This document shows, piece after piece, positions 17,333 to 24,079 of a stretch of DNA of 24,079 bases. The first letter of the stretch is position 1. Every line of letters starts with the position of its first letter. The translations under genes and the position numbers were made by a program. This DNA comes from Candidatus Eiseniibacteriota bacterium (GTDB lineage Bacteria; Eisenbacteria; RBG-16-71-46; DASYSL01). The notes below the pieces were generated by a model. That model had not been told where the DNA came from. It saw only the letters and a program-made list of their open reading frames with translations, and searched no databases. The stretch is from NCBI GenBank assembly GCA_031431875.1, contig JANPEF010000077.1:1-24079 (forward strand), given 5' to 3'.

Positions 17333-18541
17333 ATGACATCGCGCCTCGTCCTCGAGCCTCTGGCCAATCCGGATCCGCCGCAGGATCCTGCCGCGTTGGC
17401 CGCCGCGGCGGTGGCGGCGCTCGCCCCGCGCTCCAGCGACTCGTTGTTGCTCGTGGTTCCCGATCGCACGCGCGCACTCCCGCTGGCCCGGTTGCTCGGC
17501 GCGCTGTGGCCCGCGCTGGCTGCGGCAGGGGTGGACGGCGCCCACATCACGCTTGCGGTCGCGGCGGGCACGCACCGCAGCAATCCCCTCGACGTCGACG
17601 CGGAACGCCTGGGCCCACTCCCGGCGGGCGTGCGGATCCACCTGCACTCGGCGGACGATCCCGGCGTCGACCTCGGCATGACGCCCGCGGGCACGCCGGT
17701 GCGGGTCGATCGCGCGCTGGTCGAGCACGACCGCGTCCTCGCCGTCGGCGGCATCGCGTTTCACTACTTCGCGGGATTCGGCGGCGGCTGGAAGGCGTTC
17801 TTCCCGGGGCTCGGCGAGCGCGGCGCCGTGGCGGCCAATCACCGCCGCTCGCTCGGGCCGTGGCCGCCCGGCGGGCTTGCCCCGGGCGTCGAGCCGGGGC
17901 GACTGGCCGGCAATCCCGTGGCCGAGGACCTGCGCGCGGTCGCCGCACTGCTGCCGCCCGCGGTCGTGTGGACCGCGTGGGACGATGGAGAGCGCGGCGC
18001 AGTCGACACGGACGCGGCCGGCTACGCAGCCACCTGTGCGCACTTTGCCGCGCCGCGGCGCGTGGGCGTGGCGCACGCCGCGCCGCTCGTCGTCGCCTCG
18101 GCCGGTGGCTGGCCGCGCGATGTCGACATCGTCCAGGCCCACAAGGCGTTGCTCCATGCCGCGCGCTACACAGCGCCCCGGGCGCCCATCGTCTTCCATG
18201 CCGGTTGCCGCGAGGGCGCCGGGTCGAGCGCGATGGAACGCTGGCTCGCCCGCGCCGACCGGACCGACCTCGAGGGGGGGGCGCGCGTGGCCTACGACCT
18301 CAACGCGCAGACCGCGATCTCACTTGCCGCGATCGGCGCGGCCCATCCCGTAACGTGGTTCGCCGAGCGCCCGCTGCCCGAACTCGCGCGCTGGGGCTTC
18401 GACTTGCGCCGGGGTGACTTTGCCGCTGCCGCCGCCTTCGCCGAGATCATGGCGGCACAGCTGGGGACGGCACCGCTCCTCCTGCCCCGGGCGGCGGACA
18501 TCCTTCCGGCCGACTCGACGCCCGGCGTCCCGACCGCGTAG
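17333..18541 (+). CDS. LarA-family (DUF2088) nickel-pincer-dependent racemase/epimerase
   Basis: VVPDRTR, AAGTHR, LGMTPAGTPV, FHYFAGFGGGWKAFFPG, ANH, GNPVAED, SAGGWPRD, QAHKAL and CREGAG match LarA superfamily motifs. Substrate unknown. Confidence 0.85.
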   Translation: MTSRLVLEPLANPDPPQDPAALAAAAVAALAPRSSDSLLLVVPDRTRALPLARLLGALWPALAAAGVDGAHITLAVAAGTHRSNPLDVDAERLGPLPAGVRIHLHSADDPGVDLGMTPAGTPVRVDRALVEHDRVLAVGGIAFHYFAGFGGGWKAFFPGLGERGAVAANHRRSLGPWPPGGLAPGVEPGRLAGNPVAEDLRAVAALLPPAVVWTAWDDGERGAVDTDAAGYAATCAHFAAPRRVGVAHAAPLVVASAGGWPRDVDIVQAHKALLHAARYTAPRAPIVFHAGCREGAGSSAMERWLARADRTDLEGGARVAYDLNAQTAISLAAIGAAHPVTWFAERPLPELARWGFDLRRGDFAAAAAFAEIMAAQLGTAPLLLPRAADILPADSTPGVPTA

Positions 18542-18544
18542 ACT
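18515..18544 (+). promoter_or_regulatory. Putative promoter for a leaderless purD transcript
   Basis: TCGACG (18515-18520), 18-nt spacer, TAGACT (18539-18544), then 6 nt to ATG 18551. No Shine-Dalgarno sequence. Confidence 0.45.
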
Positions 18545-18550
18545 CTGCCC

Positions 18551-19828
18551 ATGATCGTCCTCGTTCTCGGCTCGGGTGCGCGTGAGCACGCGCTGGCGTG
18601 GCGGATTGCGCGCGACGGGCATCGCGTCTTCGCCGCTCCCGGAAACCCCGGTGTCTCCCGCGTCGCAACCTGCCTGCCATGCGACATTCTCGATCCCGCG
18701 GCGGTGCTCGTGACCGCGCATGGTTGCGGCGCGCAGTTGGTTGTCGTCGGTCCTGAGGCGCCGCTGCTCGCCGGCGTGGTCGACGCATTGGCCGCCGCCG
18801 GGATTCCCGCGTTCGGGCCCACGCGCGCGGCGGCCCGTCTCGAGGGGAGCAAGTCGTTCGCCAAGGAGTTCATGGCCCGCCACGGAATTCCCACGGCCCC
18901 GTTCGCCGTGTGTGATGACCTGCCCGCGGTCGAGCGCGCGCTCTCCGCATTTGGCGCCCCCGTCGTGGTCAAGGCCGACGGCCTCGTCGCCGGCAAGGGC
19001 GTGCTCGTCGCCGCGACCGCCGACGAGGCGCGCGGGTTCGCAACCGTCTGCCTGTCGGGCACCCGCTTCGGCGACGCCGGTCGTCGCGTCGTGATCGAGG
19101 CGTTCCTCCCGGGAGTCGAGCGCTCCCTGTTCTATCTCGCCGACGGCGCCCGCGTGACCGCGTTCCCGCCGGCGCGTGACTACAAGCGCCTCGGCGACGA
19201 GGATTGCGGGCCGAACACCGGCGGCATGGGCGCCTATGCCCCGGCCGAACTCGATCCCGACCTCGTGCGCGCGGTCGAGGAAACGGTGGCGCGGCCGACC
19301 ATTGCGGGGCTCGCGGCCGAGGGCACGCCGTTCCGCGGCCTGCTCTACGTGGGCCTCATGATCGACGGCACCGGCTTTCGCGTGCTCGAGTACAACGCCC
19401 GCTTCGGCGATCCTGAAACGCAGGCGCTGCTGCCACTCGTCGCCGGGGACCTGGCGGAACACCTGCTCGGCGCCGCGCGCGGCGAGCTCGCGGGCCGGCT
19501 CGCCGTCGTCCCCGGCGCCACGGTCGGTGTCGTGCTCGCCGCACCGGGCTACCCCGATGCTTCGCGCGCCGGCGAGACGATTGCGGGGCTCGAGGACTGG
19601 CCCGCGCCCGCCCAGGAGGACGACGAGCGCACGTGGTGCTTCCACGCCGGTACGCGTCGCGACGGCACGCAAATCGTGACCGCCGGGGGGCGCGTGCTCA
19701 CGATCGTCGCCCATGCGGCCGATCGCGCGACGGCGCGCGAGCGTGCCTACGCAGGGCTCGGCCGATTGCATCTCGACGGCGGCCAGTGGCGCAGCGATGT
19801 CGCACGCAAGGAGCCGGCATGGACGTGA
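18551..19828 (+). CDS. purD: Phosphoribosylamine--glycine ligase
   Basis: VLGSGAREHALAW, APGNPG, VVGPEAPL, LEGSKSFAKEFM, VVKADGLVAGKGV, DYKR..GPNTGGMGAYAP, EYNARFGDPETQ, FHAGT, GGRVL. Confidence 0.97.
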   Translation: MIVLVLGSGAREHALAWRIARDGHRVFAAPGNPGVSRVATCLPCDILDPAAVLVTAHGCGAQLVVVGPEAPLLAGVVDALAAAGIPAFGPTRAAARLEGSKSFAKEFMARHGIPTAPFAVCDDLPAVERALSAFGAPVVVKADGLVAGKGVLVAATADEARGFATVCLSGTRFGDAGRRVVIEAFLPGVERSLFYLADGARVTAFPPARDYKRLGDEDCGPNTGGMGAYAPAELDPDLVRAVEETVARPTIAGLAAEGTPFRGLLYVGLMIDGTGFRVLEYNARFGDPETQALLPLVAGDLAEHLLGAARGELAGRLAVVPGATVGVVLAAPGYPDASRAGETIAGLEDWPAPAQEDDERTWCFHAGTRRDGTQIVTAGGRVLTIVAHAADRATARERAYAGLGRLHLDGGQWRSDVARKEPAWT

Positions 19829-20475
19829 TCGAAGTCGATGCCCAACAGCCCGCGGCGGGACCGGTGCGCGAGGCCGCCGAGGCGGTCCTGCGCGGCGGGG
19901 TGATCGCGTTTCTCGCCGACACGGGTTACGTGCTGTCGTGCTCCGTGATGGATCCTGCGGCGGTCGAGTTCGTGCATCGGCTCAAGCGTCGCACGTCGCC
20001 TCTCGCGGCCGTGGCGTTGGTTGCCGATGCCGATGGCATCCATGCGCTGGTCGACGAGGTTCCTGCGCCGGCCGAGGCACTGATGCGCAAATGGTGGCCG
20101 GGGCCTCTCAGCATCCTCTTTCCCGCCTCGTCCCTGGTGCCACCGCGCGTGCGTGGCGCGGCGGGGCGCCTGGCGCTCCGGGTCCCGGCCACGCCGCTGG
20201 CCCGCGCTCTCCTCGATGCGGTGGGTGGGCCGCTGATGGCCTCGTCCGCGAACGTCAGCGGGGGACTCCAGGCGCGGACGGCCGTCGAGATCGTGCGCGC
20301 CTTCGGCAACCAGATCGACGTCGTGCTCGATTCGGGCCCGGCTCCTGCGGACCTGCGCCCCTCGACTCTGGTCGACGTGACCGGTGGCGGGGTCCGCATC
20401 CTGCGGGCCGGCGCCATCGACCTCGGCCCGAGTGCGTCTGACGCGCCGCCCAAAGCCCCCGGGAGCGCGCCTTGA
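19819..20475 (+). CDS. TsaC/YrdC-family L-threonylcarbamoyl-AMP synthase-like protein (no Sua5 C-terminal domain)
   Basis: ATG 19819 after AAGGAG. LRGGVIAF.DTGY.L, LKRR, WPGPLSILF, LRVP, SSANVSG, PSTLVDVT, ILRAGAI. The first motif is divergent. Confidence 0.85.
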   Translation: MDVIEVDAQQPAAGPVREAAEAVLRGGVIAFLADTGYVLSCSVMDPAAVEFVHRLKRRTSPLAAVALVADADGIHALVDEVPAPAEALMRKWWPGPLSILFPASSLVPPRVRGAAGRLALRVPATPLARALLDAVGGPLMASSANVSGGLQARTAVEIVRAFGNQIDVVLDSGPAPADLRPSTLVDVTGGGVRILRAGAIDLGPSASDAPPKAPGSAP

Positions 20476-20501
20476 CGCGCCCCGGAGGGGGGGACTAGAC
20501 T
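20472..20501 (+). promoter_or_regulatory. Putative promoter for a leaderless phosphatase transcript
   Basis: TTGACG (20472-20477), 18-nt spacer, TAGACT (20496-20501), then 7 nt to ATG 20509. Confidence 0.55.
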
Positions 20502-20508
20502 TCCTCCC

Positions 20509-21012
20509 ATGTCGGCTCCGGACCCGATTTTCCGCGTGCTGTTCGTGTGCACGGGGAATACGTGTCGCAGCCCGCTGGCCCAGGTCGCCCTGGTCCGGGC
20601 GCTCGGCGACGCGGCGGCAAAGGTGACCGTCGGCTCCGCCGGCACGGCGGCGTTCGACGGGGCCCCGGCGTCCGCGCCCTCGCGCGACATCGCCCGGCTG
20701 GCCGGCCTCGACCTGGACGGGCACAAGAGCCGGCGGCTGACCCGCGAACTGCTTGCCGCGGCCGACCTCGTGCTGCTCATGGATCCGCGCGACCGCGCGC
20801 TCGTCCGCTCGCTCGACAGCGAGGCGGCCGCGCGGACGCACGGGCTCGTCGACTTCGGACGGGAACGATCCACCGGCGAAGCGATCCCCGATCCGTACGG
20901 GGGATCGGCCGAGGCCTACGAAGAGTGTCTGCGCCGCATCGAGTCGCATCTCGAACGGGTCGCACCATACGTGCGCGCGGCGGTCGAGGAACGGACGTCC
21001 GGCACCCGCTGA
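20509..21012 (+). CDS. Low-molecular-weight protein phosphatase, YwlE-like (probable protein-arginine phosphatase)
   Basis: P-loop VLFVCTGNTCRSPLA, SAGT, HKSRRLT, ADLVLLM and general-acid loop IPDPYGG. Confidence 0.9.
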   Translation: MSAPDPIFRVLFVCTGNTCRSPLAQVALVRALGDAAAKVTVGSAGTAAFDGAPASAPSRDIARLAGLDLDGHKSRRLTRELLAAADLVLLMDPRDRALVRSLDSEAAARTHGLVDFGRERSTGEAIPDPYGGSAEAYEECLRRIESHLERVAPYVRAAVEERTSGTR

Positions 21013-21048
21013 CCTGATCCACCCCGTTGAATGAAGGGAGCCCCCGCC

Positions 21049-22008
21049 ATGGCGCTGCAGCGCTCCGAAGTCATCTGGATGAACGGCCAGTGGCTGGCGT
21101 GGGAGGATGCGAAGATCCACATCCTCTCCCACGTCGTGCACTACGGATCGTCCGTGTTCGAGGGCATCCGCTGCTACAAGCGTCCCGACGGCCCCGGCAT
21201 CTTCCGGCTCGAGGAACACGTCCGCCGGCTCGTCGACTCGGCGAAGATCTACCGCATGGAGTCGCGCTTCTCGGCCGAGCAGTTGTCGCGCGTGTGCGTC
21301 GAGGTGATCGCCCGCAACCAGCTCGAGGCGGCGTACATCCGCCCGCTGCTCTATCGCGGCTACGCCAACCTCGGGGTCAACCCGATCGGCAACCCGGTCG
21401 ACGCCGCCGTCGCCGCGTACCCGTGGGGACACTACCTGGGACCCGAGTCGCAGGAGAAGGGCGTCGCCGTCCAGGTGTCGAGCTGGCGCCGCGCCGCGCC
21501 CGACACGTTCCCGACCATGGCCAAGGCCGGCGGGCACTACATGAACTCGCAGCTGATCAAGACCGAGGCGATCGCCAACGGCTACGCCGAGGGCATCGCG
21601 CTCGACGTGCACGGCTGGATCAGCGAGGGCTCGGGCGAGAACCTCTTCGTGGTCTACAAGGGAGAGATCTACACCTCGCCGCTCGCCGCCTCGATCCTCG
21701 GCGGCATCACGCGCGACACCGTGCTCACGCTGGCCGCGGACCTCGGGCTCAAGGTGCGCGAGGAGTTCATGCCGCGCGAGCTCCTGTACTGCGCCGAGGA
21801 GGCGTTCTTCTCGGGCACCGCGGTCGAGATCACGCCCATCACGTCGGTCGATCGCATCCCGGTCGGCGACGGCCAGCGCGGCCCGGTCACGCGCACGGTG
21901 CAAAAGGCATTCTTCGACATGGTCGAGGGCAGGAGCGAGGATACGCGCGGCTGGTTCACGCCGGTCCGCGCGGCGCAGGCCTCGCCCGCTCCGTCGGCGA
22001 AGTCCTGA
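21049..22008 (+). CDS. ilvE: Branched-chain amino acid aminotransferase
   Basis: ATG 21049 after [39 protein letters not shown] lysine in [34 protein letters not shown]. Confidence 0.95.
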   Translation: MALQRSEVIWMNGQWLAWEDAKIHILSHVVHYGSSVFEGIRCYKRPDGPGIFRLEEHVRRLVDSAKIYRMESRFSAEQLSRVCVEVIARNQLEAAYIRPLLYRGYANLGVNPIGNPVDAAVAAYPWGHYLGPESQEKGVAVQVSSWRRAAPDTFPTMAKAGGHYMNSQLIKTEAIANGYAEGIALDVHGWISEGSGENLFVVYKGEIYTSPLAASILGGITRDTVLTLAADLGLKVREEFMPRELLYCAEEAFFSGTAVEITPITSVDRIPVGDGQRGPVTRTVQKAFFDMVEGRSEDTRGWFTPVRAAQASPAPSAKS

Positions 22009-23285
22009 TGGCCGACTCCGCTCTCGATTCGATCGCCCGGCGGGATCCCGCGGTCCATGCGGCAATCGTGGCCGAGGAGAAGCGCCAGCGATCCACGCTC
22101 GAGCTCATCGCCTCCGAGAACTTTCCGTCGCCCGCCGTGATCGCGGCGATGGGCACCGTCCTCAACAACAAGTACGCCGAGGGCTACCCCGGCAAGCGCT
22201 ACTACGGCGGCTGCGAGTACGTCGACGTGGTCGAGACGCTGGCCCGCGAGCGGGCGAAGCAGCTGTTCGCCGCCGAGCACGCGAACGTGCAACCGCACTC
22301 CGGCGCGCAGGCGAACATGGCGGCGTACTTCGCGGTCACCGATCCCGGAGCGACGATCCTCGGCATGGCGCTGGCGCACGGCGGCCACCTCACGCACGGG
22401 CATCCGGTGTCGTTCAGCGGACGCTTCTACAAGGTCGTCCAGTACGGCGTCCGCGAGGACGACCAGGTCATCGACTACGACGCGATGGACCGCCTCGCCG
22501 ACGAGCACCGACCGGCGATCCTCATCGCCGGCGCCTCGGCCTACCCGCGCACCATCGACTTCGCGCGCTTTGCCGCCGCGGCGCAACGCTCCGGCGCAAA
22601 GCTCGTCGTCGACATGGCGCACATTGCCGGTCTTGTCGCCGCGGGGCTTCACCCGACGCCGGTGCCGCACGCCGATTTCGTCACCACGACCACGCACAAG
22701 ACGCTGCGCGGCCCGCGCGGCGGCATGGTCCTGTGCCGTGCCGAGCACCAGGCCGCGCTCGACCGGAGCGTGTTCCCGGGCGTGCAGGGCGGCCCGCTCA
22801 TGCACGTCATCGCCGCCAAGGCCGTGTGCCTCGGCGAGGCGCTCACGCCGGGCTTCGTCGCCTACCAGACGCAGGTCGTGGCCAATGCGCAGGCGCTGGC
22901 GAAGGGCCTTCTCGCCCGCGGCTTCCAGCTCGTCTCCGGTGGAACGGACAACCACCTGCTGCTCGTCGACCTGCGCTCCAAGGGCCTGACCGGCAAGCGG
23001 GTCGAAGCCGTGCTCGAACGGGCGCACATCACGGTCAACAAGAACGCGATCCCGTTCGATCCCGAAAAGCCCATGGTCACCAGCGGCATCCGCGTCGGCA
23101 CCCCGGCGGTGACCAGCCGCGGCATGCGCGAGGCCGACATGGAGACGATCGCCGACTTCATCGGCCGCGCCGTCGAGGCGCGCGAGGACGACGCGCGCCT
23201 GGCCGATGTCGCCGCCGAGGTGATGCGCTTCACCGCCGACTTCCCGCTGCACGTGGGCGTCGAAGGTGTCGGGGTGGCTTCCTAG
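22008..23285 (+). CDS. glyA: Serine hydroxymethyltransferase
   Basis: TGATG coupling to ilv[77 protein letters not shown]. Confidence 0.97.
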   Translation: MADSALDSIARRDPAVHAAIVAEEKRQRSTLELIASENFPSPAVIAAMGTVLNNKYAEGYPGKRYYGGCEYVDVVETLARERAKQLFAAEHANVQPHSGAQANMAAYFAVTDPGATILGMALAHGGHLTHGHPVSFSGRFYKVVQYGVREDDQVIDYDAMDRLADEHRPAILIAGASAYPRTIDFARFAAAAQRSGAKLVVDMAHIAGLVAAGLHPTPVPHADFVTTTTHKTLRGPRGGMVLCRAEHQAALDRSVFPGVQGGPLMHVIAAKAVCLGEALTPGFVAYQTQVVANAQALAKGLLARGFQLVSGGTDNHLLLVDLRSKGLTGKRVEAVLERAHITVNKNAIPFDPEKPMVTSGIRVGTPAVTSRGMREADMETIADFIGRAVEAREDDARLADVAAEVMRFTADFPLHVGVEGVGVAS

Positions 23286-23301
23286 ACCGGAGGAGTTCGC
23301 C

Positions 23302-23937
23302 GTGGCTGGACGAGGGTTCGTCCTGTGGAACCCTTCCTTCCCACCTTCGGTTCCGTTTCAGGTCGCCGCGTGGGACACCACGATCGAAGACGTGGATCCG
23401 GAGTGGTCGGGCTACCGCACCTGGGGGCAGGCGGGCTTCGATCTCGGGACCGGCAAGATCCGGCTTCAGATCGCGTCGACGCTCTTCGCTTCGAACATCG
23501 AGTTCTGGATCGCGGATACGTTCGTCGTCGGCGGCGTGCCTTCCGGAACCCCGGTCGAGGTCGTCGCTGAACTTCGTACGCACGGAAGCCTCGTGTACTG
23601 GTTGACGACGCACTCGGCCGCGGTGTTCGAGGCGTCCCTTTATTCGGGAACCGCGGGCGACTCCATGAGTGCCGACGGCAGATTCGAAGTCCCGGCATTG
23701 TTCGATCAGACCCTGCGGGTCCCGATCCACGCCCGCGCCGGGGAGCCCTTCGAGGTCCGCACGTACATGATTGGTGGGAGTCGCATTTTGGGCTATGGGG
23801 AGTGCATCGCCGACGCCGAGTGGTCGTTCCACGTCGACACTCCCGGTGCGACCCTGACGTCGTGCTACGGATACGCCGGGGCGCCCACGGCGGTGCAGCC
23901 GGCGACCTGGGGCGGCATCAAGGCCCGCTACCGGTGA
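23302..23937 (+). CDS. Hypothetical beta-rich protein with C-terminal TWGGIKARYR tail
   Basis: Strong GGAGGAG RBS (23289-23295) 6 nt before GTG 23302 (the ORF track start at 23266 overlaps glyA). Protein-like composition, two Cys, ends APTAVQPATWGGIKARYR. Confidence 0.75.
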   Translation: MAGRGFVLWNPSFPPSVPFQVAAWDTTIEDVDPEWSGYRTWGQAGFDLGTGKIRLQIASTLFASNIEFWIADTFVVGGVPSGTPVEVVAELRTHGSLVYWLTTHSAAVFEASLYSGTAGDSMSADGRFEVPALFDQTLRVPIHARAGEPFEVRTYMIGGSRILGYGECIADAEWSFHVDTPGATLTSCYGYAGAPTAVQPATWGGIKARYR

Positions 23938-24079
23938 TCGCAGTTCCCATCGCCGAGGTCGCGCTCCCGGCCCTCTGGCTGTTCCTGCTCGGCTTTCTCC
24001 TCACCCTCGGCATCGTGCGCACGCGCCGCGCCCGCCACGACGTGCGCGACGACTGGAACCGGCTCGTCCGCTTCAGCGA
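23934..24079 (+). CDS. 5' part of a probable membrane protein (truncated by the window end)
   Basis: GTGA overlap with the previous stop. Open to the window end as MIAVPIAEVALPALWLFLLGFLLTLGIVRTRRARHDVRDDWNRLVRFS, one hydrophobic helix followed by basic residues. Confidence 0.55.
   Translation, partial: MIAVPIAEVALPALWLFLLGFLLTLGIVRTRRARHDVRDDWNRLVRFS

Noticed and set aside
18542..18550. Possible purine/ZTP riboswitch ahead of purD or glyA
   Set aside because: There is no leader space: 9 nt before purD and an overlapping start for glyA.
21027..23285. 752-aa ORF suggesting a long N-terminal fusion to GlyA
   Set aside because: The first 327 codons are an Arg/Pro-rich alternative frame over ilvE. 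GlyA homology starts at ATG 22008.

Overview
High-GC bacterial window (roughly 70% by eye) from a diderm organism. All 17 supportable genes lie on the + strand, tightly packed and often with overlapping stop/start codons. Order: GT4 glycosyltransferase, rseP, 3-POTRA Omp85 (TamA-like), tamB, a second POTRA-less Omp85 fused to a zincin metallopeptidase-like domain and a TolB/PD40 propeller, pcrA/uvrD, gatCAB, LarA-family racemase, purD, tsaC-like, YwlE-type low-molecular-weight phosphatase, ilvE, glyA, a hypothetical protein ending in a TWGGIKARYR tail, and a truncated membrane-protein start. No rRNA, tRNA, CRISPR array or mobile element was seen. The most interesting signals are (i) the outer-membrane assembly cluster with the peptidase-propeller-Omp85 fusion, (ii) the C-terminal WGxIKxxYR tail, a candidate sorting or anchoring signal, and (iii) three recurring sigma70-like promoters with 18-nt spacers built on upstream stop codons, two of them positioned for leaderless mRNAs. 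A Ca. Eisenbacteria/Krumholzibacteria-like origin (FCB-related) is an inference from recall, not a database result.
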